A DNA stretch of 64,000 nucleotides, from assembly GCA_964016885.1 (NCBI GenBank), contig OZ024741.1:193812001-193876000 (forward strand), read 5' to 3'. A model generated the notes under the pieces. It was not told where the DNA came from, ran no database searches, and was given only the letters and a program-made list of their open reading frames with translations. Source of the DNA: Eledone cirrhosa. Taxonomy: Eukaryota. The position numbers were made by a program, and so were the translations under genes. Below, piece by piece: positions 28,299 to 41,557 of this stretch. Each line of letters opens with the position of its first letter. Within the stretch, counting starts at the first letter, position 1.

Positions 28299-28684
28299 AT
28301 ATACGAATGTTTATTTAAACTGAATTTATCAAACACGTATATTACATCTATTTATTCTGACATATATATATATATATATATATATGCACGCACACACACA
28401 TATATATATATATATACGTGTATATGTATACACAGATGCTCCCGCACACAACCCCCCCCCCCCCTCCTCTGAGGGGAGGGGGGGGTTGTGTGTGGTGCCA
28501 GCAGTGAATGCTATAAAGTGTCTGTGTTAAGTGCAACTCTGTTGCTGGTGATGGTGACTGTAGTTGATACTGTTATTGCTGGTGACTGTAGTTGATACTG
28601 TTATTGTTGTTGTTGTTGTTACTAGAATTACCAGCACCGTCACCACCACCATCGCCTCCTCGCAGATAGAAACGGAAGCAGAGG

Positions 28685-28753
<69 letters not shown>

Positions 28754-29396
28754 AAATATAAGGTATTGAGTGAGGGTGGGGTGGGGGGGGATATAAGGTA
28801 TAGCTGGTAGAGAGGGAGAGAGAGTAAAAATCTATAGAGAGAGAGATGAATGGAGAGAAGAATGAAGAAAGAAAGAGAAAGAATATGTAAAGAAGAAGGA
28901 GAGAGAGAGAGAGAGGGGGGGGGGGGATTGGTTAGAGATGAGAGGGAAAAGGAATGAGAGAGAGAGAGAGAGGAGATAGTATGAAAAGGTGATAACAAGA
29001 AAGAGGAAGATGAACAGGAAGAACTATGATGTAGAAAAAGACTAGAAAGAGAAAAAAAGTCAATGAGTGGCGAGGAAGTGTAAAGAGAAATGGTGAGTAG
29101 AGAGGGGGACAGCGCAACAGAGTGTGTACGTGAGAGGGAGAGGGGGTAATAGTGAGAGTAGTAGAAAGATAGATAGATGAATAAATATATTGATAGAGAG
29201 AGAGAGGGAGGGAGAGGGGGTGAGAGAAGGTAAAGAGAACGTAGAAACCAATACGGAAGCAAAAGAAAGAATAGAATAGAAAAATGTCAGATAATGATTT
29301 AAATAAGGCTGGGATAGTGGTGGTGGTGGTGGTGGTGGTGGTGGTGTGGTGGTGGCGGGGGGAGGGGGTAGTGGTGTAGGGTGCTGGGTGGATAGT

Positions 29397-29523
29397 AGTG
29401 TAGGGTGGTGGGTGGATAGTGGTGTAGGGTGCTGGGTGGATAGTGGTGTAGGGTGGTGGGGGTGTTGGGGGAAGTGGTGTAGGTGGTGTGGGGGTAGTGA
29501 CATTGGTGTAGGGGGTAGTGTGT

Positions 29524-29559
<36 letters not shown>

Positions 29560-30244
29560 CGGAGAGGGAGAGAGAAAGGGAGAGAGAGAGTGAAAGTGTA
29601 TAGAGCTTCCGAGTGAAATTTTTCAAGGAAGAACAAAATCGCTCTAGAACCTTGTGGTGAGGAGAAAATAATTTCTCTCAAATTTCAATGGGGTGGGGTT
29701 CTTTCAGGGAGCTGAGGCCAGATGTTATATCTGTGGGGCCTTAGATCGCTGTTACGGCTGAAAACCCCACCCTCTCCTGAACTAGCAATGTGGTTAGCAT
29801 TGACTGCGTTATTATTTAATGTTAGTAGCTATAGTTGTGGCTTAATCCCAACTCTGCTTTGATCCAGCAGATTAAAATCAAAGATATTCCAGGCGTAGCT
29901 ATCTCGTATTTTTGTGTATCCAGGACTACACAATTCAATGTATCATTGAGGCCGAGAGAGGTGGACAGCAAGAGAGACATACAGAGAATAGATAAGCACA
30001 GAGAGAGAGGTGGGGGTGGGGGGTGGAGAGGATGGGAGAGATGAGGTGGAAAGAAAAAGAGAGACAAAAAGAGAAGCAGAGAAAAAGAAGAGATGGGCAG
30101 TGAGAAAGAGAGACATGACTAGACAAAGATAGCTTCTACCAAACCATCACCGTCTCTGTATTTATGCAATCGTCTGAATTCTGTTTCGTCTCCCCGGTTA
30201 CCCACCGTATACCGACATACTACCCACACAATATCAGCTGACTA
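29397..30244. repeat. ~850 bp direct duplication, copy 1
   Basis: Near-identical to 32394-33242. Confidence 0.95.
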
Positions 30245-32010
30245 TCAAAAGCTTTCGGTTGATCTAAATTGATCGTAGCCCCAGTTAAGCCATATTTACA
30301 TCCTACCCTCTCTATGAGGTGGAGGCTGTCGTGTATGGACCTGGTCGGGATTGCGCAAGTTTGCGCCTCCCCTACCAAATCCTCGACGACAAGCGCCAAC
30401 CTCTTCGCTAACACCTTGGCCAAAATCTTAAATTCTGTGTTTAGCAGAGTTATGGGCCAGAAATTGTCTAACCTATTTCTAGGGGATCGAAGAACAAGTT
30501 TGGCATATCTACTTAAAATTCATAGAGCAGACCATCCAAACTGGGTGGCTTGCGCCTCGTGCAACCGACCAGGGCATCCCAAATATTGGCTGATATTATC
30601 GGACTTTCGATGCTCTCAGTATCTGTTGGGGAGAGTCGTGGGAGCCTTAACTCTGATAATGCTACCTTCGAGTTTCTCATTTAAGAAATAGTTTAATGCC
30701 ATTCTCGCCGCTAGCACGTTAGTTGCAAAGCCACTTCTAATCGCCTCATTTAATTTAGCTACCAGCTCCCTCTCCTTTCTATTTTTTTCTAACGCTACTT
30801 ATTTACTAAAACCTATTGAAACTACTCTAATCTCTCTATTGAGAGCACCCCATCAACTGTTGTTGACGATTCCCCCTGTCAACTTACACTTAACTAAAGT
30901 GGTGATCCAATCTCTGTAAACCCTACGCACCGGGAATGATGTGTTGAACTTCCAATAACCAGATCCTAGTTTATAAGTTCTATCTAGGTCTGCCATGCAG
31001 ATCAAAAATTTGTAATCTGAATAGGTAACTGTTCGGAAATGTAGACAACCTATACTGTCTTTATCTACTCACTCAATAAAAAAAACTTATCTATATGCGA
31101 CCTAGATGACCCTATGCGGTTGGTGTTGTTGTAGATGTGTCTATGTTTTCTGTGTCTGTGGTGTTTGGGGATTTTTTTTCTGTCTCTGTGCTTTTGTTTT
31201 TTAGGACGTTGTGGTAGACCCTCGTCTTCGTTACGAGAAAACGAGGTTTCTGTGTCTGATTGTATATTTGAGTTTATGTGTGTATTTGTTTGGGGCGAGG
31301 GAAAGGGAGTGGGAGAGCTTTCCTCATCTTTCTCTTGAGTGAATTCTATCTTGGTTGTAGATGTTGATGGTGGTACAGCTGTTGTTTCCACTGTTGCCGC
31401 TGCCGGTGCTGGTGCTGGCAGCAACGGGGGTTTGCGGCCCCTTGCATTTTTTAGCTGAGGGCAGCAGAAGGCTCGCAAATGTGTTGCTTCGTCGCAGACG
31501 GAGCAGTGTGGCCTCTGCCCTCAGTGATTACCTGTATTGCAGACCTATCCTGCAGGCGGACATGATCTGGGATGATCTTCAGCTGATCCGGCTTGATTTA
31601 AAGAAGAATCTCCAAATCCACCCCAGACTGGTCCTCTCTCGCTGTTTTAGTGACGTCGATCACGCAATTTCCACTCTTGGACCAAACGTTCCGTGGTGGT
31701 GGTAGCAGTGGTAGTGGTGGTGGTGGTGGTGGTGGTAGTAGGGGTGTTGCCAGTGTTGTTGTCCGCGCCTACCGTCGTTGTGGTGAGGGCGGCGGCATTC
31801 ACAGAGGTAAACATTGGCAGAGCCGAAAAGTTCGCTTCGTTTGTATGAGATAAGTTTTGGTTGTTGCTGGTGTCATTGCTTTCAGAATTTTGGCTGTTCC
31901 CCTCTATAGAGAACCATTTCGAGCGATCCAAACCACATCTTGAAAGACTGAAGAACAAAGATATTAATAATAATTAGACCACCCGTAACCCGTTGGGTCA
32001 CGTTCACTTA
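30245..32010 (-). mobile_element. Tx1/L1-clade LINE 5' portion (ORF1 remnant, endonuclease end, RT start), deleted
   Basis: SHIDKF...YSDYKF...GYWKFNTS, then PITLLNTEFKILAKVLAKRLALVV...NLDQPKAFD; homologous to 7150-7385. Confidence 0.85.
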
Positions 32011-32089
32011 AAAATATTTTTTATAAATCATGTTCACTTAAAATTAATTTTTAAATTAAAAAAATTCACAGACATCTATATAATTTAAA

Positions 32090-32393
32090 ATGAAATTGGA
32101 AGGCCCCTCTCTTAGATAGACACTTCCCCATAGGTTACAAATACCGCTCCATCTTTAACTGACACAGGGTGAAACTAGTATACTCCTGTCCTAAGAATAT
32201 GAAGGCCCACATCATCAACAGCCCTAAGAGCAACACCCCACCAGGATGCTCTTGTTGAAAGCCTGAAGCTTATCCCCTTCAACAACAATGCAACACGCCC
32301 GCTGTAATTTACGAAGCTGTGGTCACTTCTAACCGACCATTCAACAACAAGAGGTTAAATCCTGCGTAGGTATGGCGGAGGGCCGGTTGAAGG
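32090..32393 (+). mobile_element. Penelope-like element fragment (RT-EN linker and GIY-YIG start)
   Basis: LDRHFPIGYKYRSIFN*HRVKLVYSCPKNMKAHII, then AVIYEAVVTS...VGMAEGRLK. Confidence 0.7.
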
Positions 32394-32520
32394 AGTGTAG
32401 GGTGGTGGGTGGATAGTGGTGTAGGGTGCTGGGTGGATAGTGGTGTAGGGTGGTGGGGGTGTTGGGGGAAGTGGTGTAGGTGATGTGGGGGTAGTGACAT
32501 TGGTGTAGGGGGTAGTGTGT

Positions 32521-32556
<36 letters not shown>

Positions 32557-33242
32557 CGGAGAGGGAGAGAGAAAGGGAGAGAGAGAGAGTGAAAGTGTAT
32601 AGAGCTTCCGAGTGAAAATTTTCAAGGAAGAACAAAATCGCTCTAGAACCTTGTGGTGAGGAGAAAATAATTTCTCTCAAATTTCAATGGGGTGGGGTTC
32701 TTTCAGGGAGCTGAGGCCAGATGTTATATCTGTGGGGCCTTAGATCGCTGTTACGGCTGAAAACCCCACCCTCTCCTGAACTAGCGATGTGGTTAGCATT
32801 GACTGCGTTATTATTTAATGTTAGTAGCTATAGTTGTGGCTTAATCCCAACTCTGCTTTGATCCAGCAGATTAAAATCAAAGATATTCCAGGCGTAGCTA
32901 TCTCGTATTTTTGTGTATCCAGGACTACACAATTCAATGTATCATTGAGGCCGAGAGAGGTGGACAGCAAGAGAGACATACAGAGAATAGATAAGCACAG
33001 AGAGAGAGGTGGGGGTGGGGGTGGAGATGAGGGGAGAGATGAGGTGGAAAGAAAAAGAGAGACAAAAAGAGAAGCAGAGAAAAAGAAGAGATGGGCAGTG
33101 AGAAAGAGAGACATGACTAGACAAAGATAGCTTCTACCAAACCATCACCGTCTCTGTATTTATGCAATCGTCTGAATTCTGTTTCGTCTCCCCGGTTACC
33201 CACCGTATACCGACATACTACCCACACAATATCAGCTGACTA
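32394..33242. repeat. ~850 bp direct duplication, copy 2
   Basis: Near-identical to 29397-30244. Confidence 0.95.
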
Positions 33243-33704
33243 GCAATAGAGTAACTTGAAACGGTCCGACCCTGGTAACGTCACATTTATGGGGGTAGTA
33301 CATTAAGGGTGAGTCACTCTGCAATACGTAGTATTTTTGTGACGAGCTGCTCAGGGCGGCACATACTCTAGTTACGTAACTGCTGATTTGTCAGACTCAC
33401 CCCCAGCACTATTCCATCTTTCCCTGGCATTGCATGACCCATCAGATACAGCATACGCTGAACACCAATATCCTCTTCAGCAGGCCTGAATGTACACCAA
33501 GTGGAAGCTTTTAATTAAAAAAGAAAGAAGATTAAGCCTAAGATCATAATGATTTCTAATTTAAGAACAAGGTCATCAATTTATGGGACGGGGAGAAAAA
33601 TCGATTACATCGACACGAGGACGTGCCTGCTATTTTATTTTATCGACCCCGAAAGACAAACTTGATCTTGGCGGGATATGAACTCAAAACGTAAAATGCC
33701 AGAA

Positions 33705-33965
33705 CATGACCCCTCGTCTGGGATGCCTCTTGCAGCGACATATTCTCCAACCACAACTTGGTGTAGTCTGTGACTAACCCAGGTTTTGCTGCACTTCGCC
33801 CTGAGGAGGATAAACTCTTCAAGTATCTGTCGCTCTCCGACAGGTTTGCAGTTGAGCCCCTAGCAGTGGAGATTTCTGGTGTCCTTGGCCCAAGGGCTAC
33901 CTCCTTACTTACCACCATAGGCGGTGAGCTGGCTTGCCGCAGGTGTGAACCTCGCGAGATGGAGG
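33705..33965 (+). mobile_element. RLE-domain fragment of a CRE-like non-LTR retrotransposon
   Basis: LVWDASCSD...EEDKLFKY...EPLAVEISGVLGP...IGGELACRRCEPRE. Confidence 0.7.
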
Positions 33966-34039
33966 CGACGGCAGTGGGATTCGGCTCTTCTGTGTTCAGA
34001 CCTGGTGTGCAGCGTCAGTTGTCCGTCAGGAGGTAGTGA

Positions 34040-34075
<36 letters not shown>

Positions 34076-34077
<2 letters not shown>

Positions 34078-34522
34078 AAAAAAAGGAAAAGAATGACTTC
34101 ACTTGTAGTGTTAAATAATTTGATTTAATTTTATAATATTATAATATTATGAGTTGGTAGATCTAGTAAGTTCTTTGTTAACTTCGGTGGGAAGAATTTT
34201 AAAGATACCTGGTTAACTTTCTTGGAGAACTTTCTCGCATTCCTCGTTGGCGATTGTCAAACTGAGATCAGGTTGTGTTGAGATGTGTGACTATATATAT
34301 ATAAGAGAGATTTGGATGTGTCTGGGGTGTGGTGTTGATGAGTGTTGATGAAGATTTGGAGGAATTAAAGCATACACACACACACACACCCACATACACG
34401 CACACCCACCCACACACACATACACACACACACATATATATATATATACACTCAGAGAATTATAAAATTAAATCAAATTATTTAACACTACAAGTGAAGT
34501 CATTCTTTTCCTTTTTTTCAAA
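34076..34522. repeat. Dispersed repeat with ~65 bp inverted ends between TA tracts
   Basis: gaaaaaaaggaaaagaatgacttcacttgtagtgttaaataatttgatttaattttataat (about 34077-34137) is inverted at about 34459-34519. Confidence 0.7.
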
Positions 34523-34591
34523 TATACCTAACTGTACCAAGGATCTCACACATTTTCCAATATATATATATATATATAAGTATTATATATA

Positions 34592-37500
34592 TATAGCGAC
34601 TAGCGCCACCTTGCCCGGGGAGGAAAAAACCAATTGGAGTTACTTCCCGTTGAATTCTAGAAGATTCCTTGAACTTCCAGTCTAGGGATTATAAAGGAGG
34701 GAGAAAAGAGACATCTTAGCTTATTTGGCGACCGGCTCTCGGACAGTTCACTCACGAGCGAGTTTGTTAACCTTATTATATCTGTATCGAATTTAATTAG
34801 CGGTTGGCCTGCAGTGGCGTTTACCAAAGTAAATAACCCTGTGACCAATTCACTAAAGTGGTGACCCCGTTTGAACATATAATTTCTACCGACGTTTGAA
34901 CAAATAATTTCTACCGACGTTTTGAAAAAAAAAATCATCTCTCTCGACCAAATTTCATCATGAGCAACACATCGTTACCAACGTATTTTGGCGATGCCAA
35001 ATTATGGTTCGCCCAGCTTGATGCGTATTTTGCGGTCAACGGAGTACAGGAAAACAGCAAAAATTAAACGTGCTAATCAGCGGAATTCCAGCTTCACTAG
35101 CGATTACAGTAAAAGACATAATCAAGAACCCTCCCCAAGGCGTTTCCTACGAGTCTCTGAAGACAGAGGTACTGCGTAGGAACTGTAGGTCACCTGAGAG
35201 TAAATTTCGTTCCTTATTAGAGGATGAAAATCTGGGGGACAGAACTCCTACAGAGTTTTTACGGCGTATCCGTGAACTCAGTGATGCTGCACCCGAAGAC
35301 AGTTCCTTCGTAAAAACGTTATTCTTCTCCCGTTTGCCAACTAATGTGAAAACCATATTAGCGAATACGGTTGACACCAGTTCGATAGAACAAATTGCTG
35401 CCTCTGCGGACAGAATTATGGAATTTTCGAGAGAACCTACCTCGGCTGATTCGGTCATTGCCTCTTCTGCTTTCAAAACCCAGCCTGCTTCACCTCGTGA
35501 GGACTCAATGTTGAGAACCATTGACGCGCTAACTAGGCAAGTAGCTAAACTATGTAGGGATCGAACGCCATCTAGACGGCGTTCACGAAGTCGGTTTTCT
35601 TCCTTTCACCGTCGCGCCAGCCTCCCCGCCAACAACTCGTCTTTGTGTTGGTATCACATGCGTTTTTGTGAAAAGGCGAAACATTGTATTCAGCCCTGTT
35701 CTTTCGGGACCTCGGAAAACTAAAATTGGAGAGTCTGAGCACGGCAGATCTCTCCCTCATTAATTCACCTTATCGTGCTTTTTCATTAGAGACCGAGTTT
35801 CAAACAAATCATTCATGGTCGACACAGGATTAAGTTGCAGTATTTGGCCCTTACGGTTCAACTCTACCAAGTCAACTCTTTCCGGCATTTCTTTGTATGC
35901 AGTAAACCAGTCTCCTATAAAAACTTATGGACAAATATCTTTAACATTGGACCTAGCTTTAAGTCGAGATTTCAAATGGATTTTTGTCATTGCCGATCTA
36001 CCTCATCCTATTCTCGGTGCGAATTTCTTACAGCACTTTTCACTTTTGGTAGATGTCAGGAACCAGAAACTTGTGGATAGTACCACATCCTTATCTACGC
36101 CTACTCGTAAATCTACCACTATTGCTGTCAGTCCGTCATTTTTTGTGGCTGTCGCTGGAAACCAGTTTCATGCACTCCTTACTTCGTTTCCCGAGTTAAC
36201 GGATATTTCATTTAAACCTACTCAGGCAGCCCACTCGACTCAAGACTTCGTTACAACAACTGGTCCACCTGTTTTCTCTCGTCCACGAAGGTTGGCTCCG
36301 AAAAGCACGAAATGAGTTCGAGCATATGCTCCAGCTCGGTCTTATACGACCGTCCACCAGCCCATGGGCATCTCCGCTTTACTTGGCTCGTAAGGGTGAA
36401 GCGGATTTTAGGCCTGTGGGAGATTATCGACGACTTAATGAGATCACCACGCCGGACCGTTATCCTCTACCAAATTTACAGGATTTTTCATCCGTTCTGC
36501 ATGGATGCAAGATATTTTCCAAAATAGATCTAATACGTGCATACCACCAGATACCCATGAATCCAGAGGATATATATCAAAAACAGCTGTGACCACCCCT
36601 TTGGTTCATTTGAATTCCTGTCTATGCCTTTTGGAATGCCTTTTGAAATGCTTCTAGTACGTTCCAACGTTTTATCGATGAAGTCACGCGTGGATTGGAT
36701 TTCGTGTTTGCTTAGATTGATGATCTCCTGATAGCCAGTGATTCGGATGATCACCATCATTAACATCTATCTCAGTTATTTCAACATCTCCAATCGTACC
36801 AAGTCAGAATCAACCCAGCTAAATGTGTGTTTGGTACAGATTCACTGGAATTCCTTGGACATCTTATAGATTCAGAAGGCATACTAACTTTGCCATCTAA
36901 GATAGAAGCGATTCAGCATATCGCACCATCCACCTCCCTGAAACAATTACGTCGTTTCTTGGGATTAATTAAGTTTTATCGTCGCTTCATTCCTAACTGT
37001 GCGGACAAGTTGTTCCCCTTGACACAGTTTTTAAAGGCTTCGAAAAAGAAAGATGCTCCTATTTCACTTTCTGCCGATGCTTTGCAGTCTTTTGAATCCG
37101 TCAAGTCTGAGATAGCTGAAGTTTCCTTACTCGTCCATCCTGTTGCAAACGCGAGACTTTCTTTATCTGTTGACGCATCCGATCATGCTGTTGGAGCAGT
37201 CTTGCAACATGCGATCGACCACCAGGTTCAACCACTGGCGTTTTTCTCACGCCAACTGAAACCAGCAGAGCAACGTTACAGTACTTTTGACAGAACTTTT
37301 AGCAGTTTATCTTGTGGTGAGACACTTCTTGAAGGTCGGGAGTTCACGGTATTCACAGACCATAAACCACTCACATTCGCTCTTCAAACCAAGTCCGACA
37401 GGTACTCTCCAAGGGCATACAGACATTTGGATTTCATCTCCCAGTACACCAGTGACATTCGTCATATAGCTGGAGCTGCCAACATACCTGCGGACGCATT

Positions 37501-39315
37501 ATCTCGACTTTCTGTGTGTTCTCTTGCGTCTCCTGCACATATCGATTTAGTTGCCATTGCAACTGACCAACCTACTTTGGATTCGTTGGACATTTCCTCT
37601 GACCAGTTCTCCTGCTGCAAATTGGAATATTTACCTCTTCCATCTTCTGAAGGAAAAATTCTCTGCGATGTTTTTACTGGCTCACCCAGACCACTTGTTC
37701 CAGATTGTCATCAGCGTATCGTTTTTGATGCACTTCATTCCTTGTCGCATCCCGGCATAGCTGCCACGGTGAAGCTTATTACGGCTTGATTCTTCTGGCC
37801 TAATATGCGTCGTTTAATCACTGGTTGGGCACGTTCTTGTTTGAAGTGTCAGCGCTCTAAGATTTATCTGCATGTCCGCGCTCCTCTTGGGAAATTCAGC
37901 CCGCCAGACGCACGTTTCCGTCATGTTCACATGGATATTGTTGGTCCATGGCCCGTTAGTCGTGGGTTCACATACATATTGACTTGTATCGATCGTTTCT
38001 CTCGATGGCCTGAAGCCATACCCAATTTCCAATTGGATTGCTCGCTTTGGTGTTCCTACTAAAATAACTACGGATCGTGGACGCCAATTTGAAGCTTCCT
38101 TATTTCGTGAAATATCACGACTCTTGGGTGCTCATCACATTCATACGACCAACTATCACCCAGCCTCCAATGGAATGATAGAGAGGTTTCATAGACACTT
38201 GAAAGCTGCACTTCGCGCTACTCCTGATCCGCAACGTTGGACCGAATTTTTGCCAATTGTGCTTCTTGGTTGTCGTTCTGCCATTAAGACAGATTTAGGT
38301 TTTTCTTCTGCTGAACTTCTTTATGGTACCACATTGTCTCTTCCTGGGCAAACGTTAGCACCAGTGGATTCATCACATCTTGACCTAGCATAATATGTCA
38401 CCAGGATTCGTTCGTATTTCTCGGATCTTCCACCAATGAACCCTCGTGACCAATCTATTTCTTCTGCTGTTCCATCGGACATCTCTACGTGGACACACAT
38501 TTTCATACGGAATGATTCCGTCAAGGGACCACTTACGTCACCCTACAATGGACCTTTTCGTGTGATTTCGCACACACCAAAACACTTTACAGTGGCTGTC
38601 AATGGTCGAAAAGAAGTAATATCCGTTGACAGAGCAAAGAAGGCTTTCTCTGAAAGTCTCACATCATTGCCTGACATACCTCGCACATACACTCCCACAC
38701 AAACACCTTCAGCTCCACCGCAAACACCACATACCACACAACCATATGTCACACGAAGTGGCAGGACAGTAATATGGCCACGGAAACTCTCAAAAACAAT
38801 ATTCGTCCAACCCCTGGTAGCATTAACTATTTGACTTTGAAAAGTTTTGAACTTATTTGTGAGCAGTATTTTCCTTGCTCCCTTGTACTGTTTTCAATTG
38901 TATTGTTCCAGTTACATTTTTCTGCATGTTTATTTTCATACTTTGCTTCTGTTACAAACCATTGTAATTTATGTACCTTGCTCCTTATTCTACGGCTCCT
39001 CGCTACAATGACCTTACGGTTATTATCAACTATCGTCTGGAGGGGTGCCTTGTAGCGACTAGCGCCACCTTGCTCGGGGAGAAAAAACTAATTGGAGTTA
39101 CTTCCCGTTGAATTCTAGAAGATTCCTTGAACTTCCGGTCTAGGGATTATAAAGGAGGGAGAAAAGAGACATCTTAGCTTATTTGGTGACCGGCCCTCGG
39201 ACAGTTCACTCACGAGCGAGTTTGTTAACCTTATTATATCTGTATCGAATTTAATTAGCGGTTGGCCTGCAGTGGCGTTTACCAAAGTAAATAACCCTGT
39301 GACCAATTCACTAAA
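34592..39315 (+). mobile_element. Full-length decayed Ty3/Gypsy LTR retrotransposon, CsRn1-like clade
   Basis: LTRs at 34592-34857 and 39051-39315; PBS TGGTGACCCCG (tRNA-Trp); PPT ggagggg. Gag has a CHCC finger (CWYH-x9-C-x3-C), followed by PR VDTG, RT, RNase H DASD and IN HPG...NGMIERFH. Several frameshifts and stops. Confidence 0.97.
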
Positions 39316-39326
39316 TATATAAGTGT

Positions 39327-39377
<51 letters not shown>

Positions 39378-41557
39378 AGGAAATATCGTAATGGTATTTG
39401 ATCCACCCATAGAACCATAATTAAAAAAAAAGCTAGGTTTAAAGCTTCTTCATTTCCATCAGCTGTGTTGGTTAAGTGTTAAGTGTTGCAGTTTAATTGG
39501 TGCTTGTGGGTTCCATCCCTGCGGCATTACAAGTAACTAATAACTAATACGAAAATATTTCCGGAATGATAACAATGTAACCTTTCCCCTCCGATATTTA
39601 ACAAAGGGTTTGATTCAAATTCGAAGAACATGACCAGATACTACGGTCATCTGTAGGCGACCTGCGGATACAAGTGTTGAAACTATATTAAACAGATGAG
39701 CACACTAGTATCCAAAAAATCAGTTTATCCAATATCAGACCTGTCAACTCTCCCCGTCTGACGGGGAGGTCTCCCAACCACTTTCGGGTGGGTGAGATAT
39801 GTCTTCTCTTGTGAAAATGGGTATAGCTTTCATTGTGTAAAATCTCCCCATTTTGCCTCATTTCTCCCCGTTTTGGGACACCTGTTTTCATGGTACTCCT
39901 CGTTTGGGATTTTAGAGGTTGTTAGGTCTGCAATATACACACCATGTAATATGTAGGTATGTTTATATACTCATTTTCTGATCGTAACTTTGTTATAACA
40001 ATCTATGTAGGTTATCAACCCTTGCTCTTTCTCTGTCTCTTTTTTCTTTTCTTTTTTCTTCATTTTCCCCTCTTTCTCACTCTTACGAGTTTACTAAATT
40101 TGGTCGCTTTTTCAAGCATGTGGAGCAAACTCTTAAGAGGCTACCTCGTCAGTTTGACGTAGCTGTAATACTGGGGCAATAATGGTCACTATTGATAACT
40201 CTAATAGACGTTTGTAGCCATAAAAATTACTACGGTAGCTATAATAAATATGTTAGGCTATAACTGATACTAATACATGCGAATTGGCAGAGTCGTTTGA
40301 ATGCTTTTCGGTATTCATTCTGGTTCCCTACCCTCTCTGCATTTCATCCTTTCGATGTTAATAAAAAAAAGTACCATCCAGTACTAATTAGGTAGATTCT
40401 TTTATATCTCTTTCTCATTTCCTCTTTATCACATACACACTCTGTCCTTCTCGAGAAGAAACCAGCTATGTGCAGATCTGGAGAGGGATGGACACTCTGT
40501 CCACTTCAACAGGAGTTACGGTTCCTTGTCTATAGAAAAGATGGATGATCACGACTAGAAGGCTTCTGATCGTAGGAATACTGAATTGGGATTGATATGA
40601 AGCTAAACAAACACTTATTTTATCGAACCAGGAGTTAAAAGGCGAAATGAATCCCAACGAGATTTGAACACAAAAAGTAGAACGCTTAGTGCCCGGCATA
40701 TAGTCAGGCACTCCATCAATTCTTCTACTACACTTTGTCATGTTTCGGTTCCTCATAATATTGATAATCTTTTCTGTGAAAACTCCCAAAACCTGCACAG
40801 ACTTTACTCTATTCAGGATTTGTAGCCTTGTGCTAAAGTTAGAAATCAGAATGTGATGCCTTCCTTAATCTCTTCTTCTAGACAGCCTACTGTCGTTCCC
40901 TCTAATCTATTGTTTTATATTGCTACATCCTTGTTAAACCTTATCGATTTTAATCTAATCTTTTCTTAGTAAAAAGAAGTTGTTGACGATCATCCCCACC
41001 AACTCCCACCTAACTCGCTAATCCTGACACTGTTCAGCTTTCCGTGCCAGTAAAATCCACGTTCAGCTTTCAGTATCCAGGTTCATATCTATGTGTTGAA
41101 GTGATAGTGATGATTACAAACTTGTGGTATGCAAAGAAAAATGAGCGTGGGGAAGTAGATTCGAGAAAACGTTGTTATTGTTGTTGTTTAGCCCCAGGCC
41201 AGCAATGATTGAGAGACATTCACGCCAAGACCAATCCATTCATTTCCCTATTTTCATTATTCAAAGTGTCATTTTCTAAGATGGTAGCGATTGATTTAAG
41301 AGAAATTTAACTGCTCTTTCTAGCATGTCAAGCGACAAACTAGAGGCCCTCTCGACTGGTTGATTGGACGTTATTCACAACATACAGTTGTAGATAGGCA
41401 GGAGTCCACAATTGCAAACGCTACTTGCCCTCGAAAATCAGTGTAATATGGGATCTGTGAGATCCCACTTATTGTCTCTATGTCTCTTCTTGAAGCCTAC
41501 TGGTCTCATGCCACACTCACTCAGGCAATCTTAACTCACTTGTCACTCCTATTCTTA

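Noticed and set aside
29397-33242. LTR retrotransposon
   Set aside because: The repeats lack TG..CA, PBS and PPT, and the interior is non-LTR fragments.
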